Positions 1 through 10,000 of a DNA stretch of 64,000 bases are shown piece after piece. The notes beneath the pieces were generated by a model, which saw only the letters and a program-made list of their open reading frames with translations, was not told the origin of the DNA and did no database searches. Within the stretch, counting starts at the first letter, position 1. Each line of letters starts with the position of its first letter. The DNA is from Candidatus Multivorans sp. (GTDB lineage: Bacteria; Acidobacteriota; Thermoanaerobaculia; Multivoradales; Multivoraceae), in the NCBI GenBank assembly GCA_965247095.1, contig OZ251997.1:2880001-2944000 (forward strand), in the 5' to 3' direction. Position numbers and translations under genes: made by a program.

Positions 1-2611
1 CCAGCGGGTCGCGGGGAGTCCGGTCGTCGAAGAGCAGCGGTTCGATGAACTTGCCGGCCCAGAGCGCGACGAGCGCGCCGGCCACGACACCAGCCGCCGC
101 CAGCGAGAAGCCTCGTGCCAGCACCATCCGCAGGAGGTCCGAGGCCCGGGCGCCCAGGGCGCGCCGGATGCCGAACTCGAGTTCGCGCTGCCGTACGCCG
201 AACGCGATGACCGCATAGAGACCAATGGCTGCGAGCAGCACCGCCAGGAGTGCCGCGGCGCCGAACAGCCCCGTTCCGATGGTCCACGTTCGGATGCGCG
301 GCGCGAAGACAGTGGGGAGGCTTCGCACGCTGTGGCGCGGCAGGTCGGGGAACAAGTCCGCCAAGGCGAGGAGCGTTGGCTGCACCACTCGCCCGGGGTT
401 CCCGCGAGTCCGGACGATCAACGTGCGCATGTTGTTGACGAAGCTGGCCTGAATGGTGTTCGACGAAGCCTGGGAGATGGGCAGGTAGTAGACCGCTACG
501 CGATCGGCGTCCAAGAGACCCTTTTCGAGGGCGGATTCGGCGACGCCAACCACCGTCGTGCAGTCTGTGGACGCGTCGCCGAAGAAGAGGCACCGGCCGA
601 CGGCGCTCTTGCCGGGCCAGACGCCGCGAGCGAACGTGGTGTCTACGACCGCGACCCTCTGAGTCTCTGCGCGATCCCACTCGGTAAAGCCACGACCTTC
701 CAGAATCGCCAGGCCTGCGACGCGGAAGAAATTGGGCGTCGTGAGGCTCACGTAGGGACCTTCGTTGAAAGGCAGGCGGTCCAGCCCTTCGACCCGCGGT
801 GGCGGCATCGCTGCCATCGACGACATCGGTGAGTTCGTTCCCTGGGCGACATCCAGGACCTCCGGCAGTGACCGGAGTCGAGACTCCAGTGCGTTGATCG
901 TGGTTTCATCGGGCGATCCGGCGGTACGAAAGCTCGCCAGGTTCACCGTGATCAGGTTCTCCTTCGCATAGCCGACGTCCACCTGACGCGCCGCTTCGAA
1001 CGAGCGGTAGAAGATGGCCGCGCCGCTGAGCAGGATCAGCGACAGGGCGGCTTGACCGACGATCAGACCGGTACGGACCGGCATTCCGAGTGCAGCACGG
1101 GCGCCTCGCGAACTGTCGAGCTTCTCGATGCCGCGGCTCCGCGCTGCATACACGGCGGGCGCCAGGGCTGCCCCGAGGCCGATGACGAGTACGGCGGTGG
1201 CGGTGAAGCCGATCGCGGTGCCGTCCAATGGCTCTTGAGCCCATTGAAAGCCCGGCAAGAGCGTGACCCGCAGAGAGCGGCCGGCGAGCGCGGCCACGAC
1301 CAGCGCCGCTACGCCCGAGACAGCGGAGAGCACGACGCACTCGACAACCAGCAGGCGTCCCACGCCCCATCTCCCCGCGCCGAGTGCATTGCGAACGGCA
1401 AGCTCCCGTCGACGGGCCGCGACCCGCACTATCAGCAGGTTCGACATGTTGGCGGTCGCGATCAGGAGCACGACCAGGGCTGCGCCGCCCACGACCAGCG
1501 GCAGGCGCATCTGACCCGGCAACGCGGAGGGTCCGCGGCTCCGCAGTATGGGACCCAGCACAACGGTTGGCTCAGGGTCCCGTGCCTCGGGCATCCGCGA
1601 TGTGGCTCGCGCCGCGCGCACCGCGGCGGTTGCCGCGGCGGCCGCGGGTTCCGCCCTCACTCCGGGCGCCAGGCGAGCCAATGCCGTCAGGGAGAATCCA
1701 GTGAGGGACTGCCTCCAGGAGTCGCCGCGGATGGCCGTGGCCGCGAGTTGGAGAGGCAGCCAGAGCTCGGCCGCGTTGGGGTCGGGGCCGGCGAAACCGG
1801 GCGGCAGGACGCCGACGATGACGTATGTGACGTCGTTGAAGCTGAGGTTTGCTCCGAGGGCTTCCGGTGAACGCTCGAACCGTTGCCGCCAGTAGGCATC
1901 GCTGATCACCGCTGCCGGTGTCGCCGCCAGATCGTCGTCTTCGGGTTGGAGCAGCCTGCCTAGCGCGGGTTGAACCCCCAGGAGCGCGAAGAACTCTCCG
2001 GTTACCGAGGAAACCTGTAGCTCCTCCGCGCTCTGGCCCCGTCCGTTCTGCATCCGCGCCGGAGCCGTGTAGCCGGCGACAGCGCTGAACCGGTCAGGGT
2101 CATCGCGGAGCGAGTTGAACTCCGCCCAGTCCATTCGGTCTCTGGTGGCAGAAGGGCCCGTGAAGACGCCCCGGTCAACCGCATCGCCCCTTTCCCGCAC
2201 CCAGATGCGGTGAATTCCCTCCGGATCCTCGATGTGTGGGGGCGCTTGGAGGAACAGCCGGGAAAGCAGGTCGTACATCGCGGCGTTCAGTCCGATGCCC
2301 AGTGCCAGCGTGAGGACCACGGCGCAGGTGTAGCCGGTATTGCGTCGCATCATCCGGAACGCGGCGCCGATGTCCTTGAGGAGGCGCTCCACGGGCGCCC
2401 AGCCCCAGCTCTCGCGCGTCAGTTCGCGAGTCAGCGTGAGGTTGCCGAAGTCGCGCTGCGCGGCCGTGCGGGCCTGTTCGGGAGACAGGCCCGCCTGGAT
2501 CCGCTCTTCCATCTCTTCGGCGAGATGGAACCGGATCTCGTCGTCGAGTTCGGCGTCCTTGCGCCGCCGGTGCAATATGGAGCGCAGTCGGTTGTAGAGC
2601 AGCCGCAGCAT
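1..2611 (-). CDS. ADOP-family (acidobacterial duplicated orphan) ABC permease, MacB/FtsX type; 3' end runs off the window
   Basis: Hand translation from ATG 2611: MLRLLYNRLRSILHRRRKDAELDDEIRFHL...RDFGN...VLTLALGIGLNAAM...VTGEFFALLGVQPALGR; same frame at position 1 (KFIEPLLFDDRTPRDPL). Absent from the ORF track because no stop falls in the window. Confidence 0.9.
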   Translation of the reverse strand, partial: MLRLLYNRLRSILHRRRKDAELDDEIRFHLAEEMEERIQAGLSPEQARTAAQRDFGNLTLTRELTRESWGWAPVERLLKDIGAAFRMMRRNTGYTCAVVLTLALGIGLNAAMYDLLSRLFLQAPPHIEDPEGIHRIWVRERGDAVDRGVFTGPSATRDRMDWAEFNSLRDDPDRFSAVAGYTAPARMQNGRGQSAEELQVSSVTGEFFALLGVQPALGRLLQPEDDDLAATPAAVISDAYWRQRFERSPEALGANLSFNDVTYVIVGVLPPGFAGPDPNAAELWLPLQLAATAIRGDSWRQSLTGFSLTALARLAPGVRAEPAAAAATAAVRAARATSRMPEARDPEPTVVLGPILRSRGPSALPGQMRLPLVVGGAALVVLLIATANMSNLLIVRVAARRRELAVRNALGAGRWGVGRLLVVECVVLSAVSGVAALVVAALAGRSLRVTLLPGFQWAQEPLDGTAIGFTATAVLVIGLGAALAPAVYAARSRGIEKLDSSRGARAALGMPVRTGLIVGQAALSLILLSGAAIFYRSFEAARQVDVGYAKENLITVNLASFRTAGSPDETTINALESRLRSLPEVLDVAQGTNSPMSSMAAMPPPRVEGLDRLPFNEGPYVSLTTPNFFRVAGLAILEGRGFTEWDRAETQRVAVVDTTFARGVWPGKSAVGRCLFFGDASTDCTTVVGVAESALEKGLLDADRVAVYYLPISQASSNTIQASFVNNMRTLIVRTRGNPGRVVQPTLLALADLFPDLPRHSVRSLPTVFAPRIRTWTIGTGLFGAAALLAVLLAAIGLYAVIAFGVRQRELEFGIRRALGARASDLLRMVLARGFSLAAAGVVAGALVALWAGKFIEPLLFDDRTPRDPL

Positions 2612-2630
2612 TTCCCCGTGCCCCCCGCCC

Positions 2631-2972
2631 TTACTCCGCCGGACGAAGCACCCTGGTGACGGCAACCGAGAGTTGCTGCCATCGCGACTGCTCCACTACG
2701 AGCTGCCGCCGCCCGGTCCTCGTGAGGCGGTAGTACTTGGCGCGCTTGCCCATGTCGGAGGTTTTCCACTCCGCCGCAATCCAACCGCGTGTTTCCAGCC
2801 GGTGGAGCGCGGGGTAGAGCGACCCGGTTTCGATGCGGAGCGCATCTTCCGACACGCGCTGGATGTGCCCGGCGATCGCGTGGCCGTGCGCCGGGCCGTA
2901 GACCAGGGTCCGCAAGATGAGCAGGTCCAGGGTGCCGTACAGGAGTTGATTGCGGGGACTTGCTGGCGTCAT
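2631..2972 (-). CDS. PadR-family transcriptional regulator (ADOP-associated type)
   Basis: GTLDLLILRTL..GPAHGHAI...GSLYPALHRLE..GWI.AEW...RAKYYRLT..GR; directly upstream of the ADOP permease. Confidence 0.93.
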   Translation of the reverse strand: MTPASPRNQLLYGTLDLLILRTLVYGPAHGHAIAGHIQRVSEDALRIETGSLYPALHRLETRGWIAAEWKTSDMGKRAKYYRLTRTGRRQLVVEQSRWQQLSVAVTRVLRPAE

Positions 2973-3018
2973 AGTGTAGACAAGCTACTCCATAATGACG
3001 TAGATTGTCTACACCATG
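2970..3018. promoter_or_regulatory. Symmetric divergent promoter / probable PadR operator pair
   Basis: 19-bp inverted repeat with 2 mismatches, CATAGTGTAGACAAGCTAC (2970-2988) / GTAGATTGTCTACACCATG (3000-3018), including both start codons; TAGACA-18nt-TAG(A/C)TT on both strands. Confidence 0.7.
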
Positions 3019-3687
3019 AGTACACTGATCCACTTGGAGAGTGTTTCCAAGATCTTCTACACGGACGAGATCGAAACCCGCGCGCTCGATGGAGTCACCC
3101 TGGACATCGACTCCGGGGAGTACGTGGCCGTTTCCGGCCCGTCCGGCTGCGGCAAGTCGACCTTGCTGTCGATCCTCGGTTTGCTCGATACGCCGACGGC
3201 GGGCGACTACACCCTGAACGGCTACGCGGTGGCGCAGCTCAAGCAATCCGAACGGGCGCGCATCCGCAACCGGGAGATCGGCTTCATCTTCCAGAACTTC
3301 AACCTGATTGGCGACCTGACCGTTTACGAGAACGTTGAGCTTCCACTCACCTACCGCGGAATCCGGCCGGCGGAGCGGCGCGAACTGGTCAACCAGGCAT
3401 TGGAGAAGGTGGAGATGGCGCCGCGGGCGAAACACCTGCCGAGCCAGCTCTCGGGTGGGCAGCAGCAGCGGGTGGCGGTCGCACGAGCCGTTGCCGGCCA
3501 GCCTTCGATTCTGCTTGCCGACGAGCCGACCGGGAACCTCGACTCGAAGAACGGCGAGGCGGTGATGGGCCTGCTGCGGACGCTGCACGAGGAGGGGTCG
3601 ACGATCTGCACGGTGACCCACGATCCGCGCTACGCCGACTATGCGGAGCGGGAAATTCAACTGTTCGACGGGCGGGCGACGACCTGA
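3016..3687 (+). CDS. ABC transporter ATP-binding protein (LolD/MacB-like)
   Basis: Walker A GPSGCGKST, LSGGQQQR signature, LLADEPTGNLD, VTHD. Confidence 0.96.
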   Translation: MSTLIHLESVSKIFYTDEIETRALDGVTLDIDSGEYVAVSGPSGCGKSTLLSILGLLDTPTAGDYTLNGYAVAQLKQSERARIRNREIGFIFQNFNLIGDLTVYENVELPLTYRGIRPAERRELVNQALEKVEMAPRAKHLPSQLSGGQQQRVAVARAVAGQPSILLADEPTGNLDSKNGEAVMGLLRTLHEEGSTICTVTHDPRYADYAEREIQLFDGRATT

Positions 3688-3713
3688 ACGGCTAGGCCAT
3701 CTTGGCAACCGGA

Positions 3714-4967
3714 ATGGACATCGCGAGACCGGACCTGGCGCGGAAGAAAAAGGTCCGCCGGGTGACGTACTTCTCCCTCGCGGGCGTCTTGCTCGTGCTG
3801 GTCACGCTCGGCTTGCAACAGGTCCAGCCGACGGCGCCTCGAGTTGACCGCGACGCCGTCTACATCGACACGGTGCGGCGGGGCCCGCTGATCCGCGAGG
3901 TGCGGGGGAGAGGAACCCTGGTGCCGGAGAAGATCCGGTGGATTCCAGCGACGACGGAGGGCACCGTCGAGAGGATCGTGATCGATCCGGGGGCCGAGGT
4001 GACACCGAATTCGGTCATCGTCGAACTGAGCAACCCGGAACTCGAGCACCAGGCGAGAGAAGCGGAGCTCAACCTGCGCGCTGCCGAGGCGCGCTACGAG
4101 AACCGCAAGGTGGAACTCGAGAGCGAGTTGCTCATGCAGCGCGCGGGGCTCGCGAGTGTTGAGGCCGCACTGGTCGTTGCCCGGCTCGAGGCGGACGCCG
4201 ACGCCGAGCTGGCGAAGAATGGTCTGGCCTCCGCCATCGAGGTTCAGCGGGCGCAGGCGTCCAAGCGGGAACACGAAACGCGGTTCGCGTTGGAGCAGGA
4301 GCGTCTCGGCATCGCGGAAAGGACAATGGCGGCAAAGCTCGCCGTCGAGCGCACGGAGGTGGATCGGCTACGAGGCCTGTGGGAGCTCCGGCTCGATCAG
4401 GTCGCCGACCTGCAGGTCCGGGCCGGCATGCACGGCGTCCTCCAGCAGGTACCGCTCGACGAGGGCCAGCGCGTTACCGCGGGCACGAATCTGGCCCGAG
4501 TCGGCGACCCCACGGTGCTGAAGGCCGAGCTACGGATTGCCGAGACGCAGGCCAAGGACGTTCAGATCGGGCAGGTCGCGTCGGTCGACACGCGAAACGG
4601 GATCGTTCCGGGTCGCGTGGTACGGATCGATCCGGCGGTGGAAGAGGGGACGGTGACGGTCGATGTCGCGCTCGAAGGCAAACTGCCGCGCGGGGCGCGG
4701 CCGGACTTGACTGTCGCCGGGACGATCGAGCTCGAGCGGCTCGAGGAGGTGCTCTTCGTAGGTCGGCCGGTCGTCGGTCAGGAAGAGAGCGAAGTCAGTC
4801 TCTTCCGACTCGACGGCGAAGGGAACGGCGCTACCCGCACCCGCGTGCTCCTGGGGAGAAGCTCGGCCAACACGATCGAAGTAGTGGACGGGTTGCAGCC
4901 CGGCGACCAGGTCGTGCTGTCGGACATGTCCGCTTGGGACGAGTTCGATCGCGTTCGTATCGATTGA
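3714..4967 (+). CDS. Efflux periplasmic adaptor subunit (HlyD/MacA-like)
   Basis: N-terminal TM anchor, lipoyl-like halves (GTVERI..PG; VRAGMHGVL), coiled coil, C-terminal GLQPGDQVV; follows the ABC ATPase. Confidence 0.88.
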   Translation: MDIARPDLARKKKVRRVTYFSLAGVLLVLVTLGLQQVQPTAPRVDRDAVYIDTVRRGPLIREVRGRGTLVPEKIRWIPATTEGTVERIVIDPGAEVTPNSVIVELSNPELEHQAREAELNLRAAEARYENRKVELESELLMQRAGLASVEAALVVARLEADADAELAKNGLASAIEVQRAQASKREHETRFALEQERLGIAERTMAAKLAVERTEVDRLRGLWELRLDQVADLQVRAGMHGVLQQVPLDEGQRVTAGTNLARVGDPTVLKAELRIAETQAKDVQIGQVASVDTRNGIVPGRVVRIDPAVEEGTVTVDVALEGKLPRGARPDLTVAGTIELERLEEVLFVGRPVVGQEESEVSLFRLDGEGNGATRTRVLLGRSSANTIEVVDGLQPGDQVVLSDMSAWDEFDRVRID

Positions 4968-4990
4968 CGCCCTTCGGAGGCCAACTGCGG

Positions 4991-5045
4991 CGGAGGCCGG
5001 CGAGAACCCGGGTGGCGCGGATCGCGCCACCCGGGTTCCCAGGGG
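4991..5045 (-). repeat. Internally deleted REP composite (end of module D joined to hairpin A)
   Basis: Perfect palindrome GAACCCGGGTGGCGCG-GAT-CGCGCCACCCGGGTTC (5004-5038), homologous to 18001-18040 and 18950-18985; lies between convergent genes. Confidence 0.85.
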
Positions 5046-5048
5046 CTC

Positions 5049-5246
5049 CTACCCCATCCAGAAGCCCTTGCGGTGCGAGACGCCGAGGACCTTCTTGCAT
5101 AGCGCGCAGAAGTAGACGTAGCGCTTGCCGAGGACTCCCGAGATGGACCGGAAGTAGATGCCCACCGGCTGCTCGCAGTGCGGGCATAGGGGCGTGATGT
5201 CGTTGCGTTCTTCAGCCTGCATCAATGGGGTTGTCTCCTCTCCCAT
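5049..5246 (-). CDS. Small zinc-ribbon protein
   Basis: CPHC...CALC pairs in 65 aa. Confidence 0.6.
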   Translation of the reverse strand: MGEETTPLMQAEERNDITPLCPHCEQPVGIYFRSISGVLGKRYVYFCALCKKVLGVSHRKGFWMG

Positions 5247-5288
5247 GGCTTCGTTGTTCGGTGAAGAGGTGCTTTGGAGGGAACCCCG

Positions 5289-5540
5289 TCAGCCAAGCAG
5301 CCGCGCCAACACGCTCACCGCGGCCGCACCGACGGTCAGCGCGACACCTACCGCCCACAGAACAAGCCGCCGCTCCAGATTGGCCAAGTCTGATCGTAGA
5401 TCGGCGCGAGTGACCAACCCCGAAATGGCCCCGGAGCATCCGTCCTCTATCGCGCGGGCGTGGGCCTGAGCCTGTCTCTCAGCGACGCCAGCATCGCGAA
5501 GCGTGTCGGCGGTGTGGAGCGTGTCGGTCGCAGCAGCCAT
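5289..5540 (-). CDS. DUF1640/CCDC90-like small coiled-coil membrane protein
   Basis: DTL...LRDAGVAERQAQA...VTRADL...C-terminal TM; ATG 5540 preceded by TACGAT. Confidence 0.65.
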   Translation of the reverse strand: MAAATDTLHTADTLRDAGVAERQAQAHARAIEDGCSGAISGLVTRADLRSDLANLERRLVLWAVGVALTVGAAAVSVLARLLG

Positions 5541-5608
5541 TGCAAGAAGATCGTAGCGCATCTGGCCCCTTCCCCGTGATGTCGCGGCCGGTCCACTCTG
5601 TCGCTGCT

Positions 5609-7075
5609 TCAGGCCAGGATCTCGCGCACCACCCGCGCCTTCTCGACGCCGGTCAGCCGGGCGTCCAGGCCGCGGTGCCTGTAGGTGAAGCGCTCGTGGT
5701 CGATGCCGAACAGGTGGAGGATGGTGGCCTGGAAGTCGCGGATATGGACCGGATCCTTGACGATGTTGTACGAGAAGTCGTCGGTCTCGCCGTGGACGAC
5801 GCCGCCCTTGACGCCGCCGCCGGCCATCCACAGGCTGTAGCAGCGCGGATGGTGGTCGCGGCCGTAGGTCTCGGCGGTCAGCCGCCCCTGGGAGTAGATC
5901 GTGCGGCCGAACTCGCCGCCCCAGATGACCAGGGTCTCATCGAAGAGGCCGCGTTCCTTGAGGTCCTGGACGAGAGCCCAGGCCGCCCGGTCGACGTCGC
6001 GCGCCTGGGCCGGCAGCACCAGTGGCAGAGCGGAATGGACGTCCCATCCCCGGTGGTAGATCTGCACGAAGCGCACGCCGCGCTCGACCAGCCGCCTGGC
6101 CATCAGGGCCGCGTTCTGGAACTTGCCGGGCTGCTTCGCCTCCTCGCCCCAGCGTTCGAAGGTGCTGTCGGGTTCGCTCGAGAGGTCGGCCATCTCCGGC
6201 ACCGAGGACTGCATGCGGAACGCCATCTCGTACTGCTCGATACGCGCGAGGGTCTCGGGATCGCCGACCTGGGCGTGCCGGAGGCGGTTCAGTTCGCTCA
6301 TGCCGTCGAGCACGCGGCGCCTCACGGCGGGTGAGACGCCCTCGGGATCCTTGAGATAGAGCACCGGCTCGTCGCCGGTCTGGAGCCCGACGCCGGCGTA
6401 TTCGGGTGAGAGGAACCCGGCGCTCCAGAGCTTGGCCGAGATCGCCTGCAGGCCGGCCGCGGGATGGCTGCGTTCCGCGTTCATGACCACGAAGGTGGGC
6501 AGGTTCTCGTTCATGCTGCCAAGGCCGTACGCGAACCAGGAACCGATGCACGGACGCCCCGGGATCTGCTGGCCGGTCTGGATGAAGGTGATGCCCGGCT
6601 CGTGGTTGATCGCGTCGGTGTGCATCGAGCGGATGATCGCGATGTCGTCCGCCATGCTGGCGGTGTGGGGCAGGAGCTCGGAGAACCAGGCGCCGCTCTC
6701 GCCGTGCTGGGAGAAATCGAAGACCGATGGCGCGATCGGGAAGCGCGACTGCCCGGAGGTCATCGTCGTCAGGCGCTGCCCCTGCCGGATCGAGTCGGGG
6801 AGATCCTGGTCGAAGTACTCCTTCATCTTCGGCTTGTAGTCGAGCAGGTCCATCTGCGGCGGCGCGCCCATCATGTGCAGGTAGATGCAGTGCTTCGCCT
6901 TCGGCGCGAAGTGCGGCAGATCGGGCAGGCCGCCGACCTGGTCACGGGCGGCGGTCAGCGCGAAAGCGTCCTCTGCGAACAGGTTGGCCAGCGCCAGGCC
7001 GCCGATCCCGCGCGCGGCGGTGCCGAAGAACTGGCGCCTCGTCTCTGCTCGAACGGTTTCCTTGAGTGGGTCCAT
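5609..7075 (-). CDS. DUF1501 domain protein (Tat-exported, sulfatase-like)
   Basis: TRRQFF Tat motif; IYLHMMGAPPQMDLLDYKP, ARRLVERGVRFVQ, WGGEFGRT, GRDHH. Confidence 0.93.
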   Translation of the reverse strand: MDPLKETVRAETRRQFFGTAARGIGGLALANLFAEDAFALTAARDQVGGLPDLPHFAPKAKHCIYLHMMGAPPQMDLLDYKPKMKEYFDQDLPDSIRQGQRLTTMTSGQSRFPIAPSVFDFSQHGESGAWFSELLPHTASMADDIAIIRSMHTDAINHEPGITFIQTGQQIPGRPCIGSWFAYGLGSMNENLPTFVVMNAERSHPAAGLQAISAKLWSAGFLSPEYAGVGLQTGDEPVLYLKDPEGVSPAVRRRVLDGMSELNRLRHAQVGDPETLARIEQYEMAFRMQSSVPEMADLSSEPDSTFERWGEEAKQPGKFQNAALMARRLVERGVRFVQIYHRGWDVHSALPLVLPAQARDVDRAAWALVQDLKERGLFDETLVIWGGEFGRTIYSQGRLTAETYGRDHHPRCYSLWMAGGGVKGGVVHGETDDFSYNIVKDPVHIRDFQATILHLFGIDHERFTYRHRGLDARLTGVEKARVVREILA

Positions 7076-7094
7076 CTTCGGCGCCTCCAGCGGC

Positions 7095-10000
7095 TCACTT
7101 GTTAAGAGCTTCGTCCAGGTTCATCAACTGGCTTGCCAGCATCGTCCACGCCGCCGACTCCGAGGCTGGCAGGGCGGCATCGTGGGCCGACTCGCCTGTA
7201 GCGACCAGCTTCTTCGCACCGGCCTCGTCGGCGCGGTAGAGGTCGATCAGGGCGTCGTACGTCTGTCGCGCGACCGCCCGCTCGGCGTCGTCGAAGGGCC
7301 GGGACAGGAGTCGGGTCGTGACGTAGTCGAGCCGGCGGTCGAAGTCGTCGCCGGCTTCCCGCATCGCCCGCTGGGCGAGGAAGCGCGACGCCTCGACGAA
7401 CTGCGTGTCGTTCATCACCACAAGCGCCTGCAGTGGCGTGTTCGTGCGCTCGCGGCGAACCACGGAGTGCTCGCGGTTGCCGGCGTCGAAGATCGTCATC
7501 GAGGGCGGCGGCGCGGCGCGCTTCCAGAAGGTGTAGAGGCTGCGCCGGTAGAGCTTGTCCCCTGAATCTCTTCGGTAACGGGCCGTGTTGCTCGAGTTCA
7601 TCGCCACCCGTTCCCAGTGGCCTTTCGGCTGGTACGGCTTGACGCTCGGTCCGCCGATCGTGCGCACCAGGAGGCCGCTGGCGGCGAGCGCCGTGTCGCG
7701 CACCATCTCGGCGTCCATCCGGAAACGGGGGCCGCGCGAAAGCAGGCGGTTCTGGGGATCGCGATCCAGCGTGTCCGGTGTGAGAGCGGCCGCCTGCCGG
7801 TAGGTCGAAGACGTCACCAAACGGCGGAAGAGAGCCTTCGTGTCCCAACCCGAGTCACGGAACTCGCTCGCCAGGTGGTCGAGCAACTCGGGGTGCGACG
7901 GCACCTCGCCCTGGGCGCCGAAGTCCTCGCTGGTGGCAACGAGACCGGTGCCGAAGATCTGCTGCCAGAAACGGTTGACCGTGACCCGCGCCAGCAGCGG
8001 ATTGGTGTCTTCGATGAGCCAACCTGCGAGCCCCAAACGGTTTCGGGGCAGGGAGTCTGGCATCGGCGGCAGGGCGGCGGGCGTGCCCGCGAGAACGCGC
8101 TCGCGCGGCTGGTCGTACATGCCGCGATACAGGACGCGCGCGGCCGCCTCGCTTCCGGGAAGCTCCTGCATGACGTGGGTGATCGAGCCGTGGCGCCGCA
8201 GATCCCGCCACTCGCGGTCGATCTCCAGCCGGCGGGCGACGAGGCGGCGATACTCCTCGTCGTTCGTGTTGGCGTAGGAGAGCAGCAGGGCCTGGCGCTC
8301 CCCGGCGGTGAGCTGTTCCGGCGACTTCGAGGCGGCGGACTGGAGCGGGCCCCACTCCGAGACGACTTTGGCTTCCTGCACGGACAGCGCCCGGTTGAAG
8401 ACGCGCACGTCGGCGATGCCGCCGCCGGCGAAGTACTGGGCCTTGCCGTCGCCCCTCAGGTCGTGGCGGCCGAGGTAGAACGGCCGGTCGGTGAGGATGC
8501 TGCCTTGGACCTTGGTGAAGAACTCGCTGCCCTGTTCGGCAACTCGGTCGCCGTCGCGGTAGATGTGCAGGCCGCCGCGCTCTCCGGAACCGTCGTGGGT
8601 GAAGACGATGTGGGCCCACTCGCCCGGGGTGAGCCGCTGCGTGTTGTTGGGATTGATCGAGACACTGGTCGCGCCCCTGCCCGGTCCGGCGCGGTCGCCG
8701 TTGAGTCGGAAGTACAGCTCGCGTGATCCGAGCGTGACTTGCCAGCCGCGATTGGCGTCGTGTGGGTCGTTCTGGCTGGCCACGGTGTAGCTGCCCTCGG
8801 CCTCCGGCATGTAGATCCAGAGCGCCAGGGAGAACGGCGTGTCGGTGTCGAGTTCGAGCGGTGGGAGTTCGGCCGAGGACTCGTCCTCGAAGCGCAGCGC
8901 CGGCAGACCGTTCGGTCCGGGTTCGATCCGGACTGCCTCGTGCAGGTTGATCGGCTGGCGTTCTCCATTGGTGACTACCGCCGGCGCCTCCCCCTCGAGA
9001 TCGAGCCTCAGGAGCTCGGAAGCAACTCCGAGAGGCGCTTCGATCTCGCGATGGCCGTCGCTCGCAAGCCACTCGGCGAACGTCGGTTCGACCGCGTCGA
9101 GGCGCTCCGTCATCGCGTCCTCGAGCTCGTCGACCTCTGCGCGCAACCGGTACCAGGTGTCGCGGTCCTCGTCTCGCGGCACCACCAGGGTCGGCGGCGG
9201 ATCGGAGATGTTGCCGTCCATCACGTACTGCGTCGTGTTGCGGAAGAACGCGGTCAGCGCGTAGAACTCGCGTTGGGTGATGGGGTCGAACTTGTGGTCG
9301 TGACAGGTCGCGCAGCCGACGGTCAACCCCATGAACACGCTGCCGATCGTCTCGGCGCGGTCCTTGGCGTAGATCGCCTCGTATTCCTCGACCAGCACGC
9401 CGCCTTCGTTGGTCGTGATGTTGTTGCGCTGGAGGCCGGTGGCGATCAACTGGTCGAGGGTCGGGTCTTCCAGCAGGTCGCCGGCGATCTGGTCGACCGT
9501 GAACTCGTCGAACGGCTGGTTCCGGTTGAACGCCTTGATGAGCCAGTCCCGGTAGGCGTACATCTCCCGGTAGTTGTCGTTGTGGATGCCGTGGGTGTCC
9601 CCGTAGCGGGCGGCGTCGAGCCAGTAGCGGGCGCGGTGCTCGCCCCAGTGGGCCGAGGAGAGGAGCCGGTCCACGAGCCGCTCGTAGGCGCCGGCCTCCG
9701 TGTCGTCGAGGAAGGTCGCCAGCGTGCCCGGATCGGGCGGCAGGCCGGTCAGGTCAAGAGCCGCGCGCCGGGCGAGCGAGCGCCGGTCGGCTTCACCTGC
9801 GGGGGTGAGCCCCGCGTCCTCGAGCCGCGCCAGAACGAAGCGATCGAGCGGATCGCGAATCCAGGCCTCGTCTACGACGGCGGGCGGCGCCGGCTGGTCG
9901 ATGGGTTTGAACGACCAGTGCTGGTCCCAATCCGCCCCCTGCTCGATCCAGCGCTTGAGGAGATCGATCTGCTCATCGGAGAGCGTCTTCTGTGACACCT

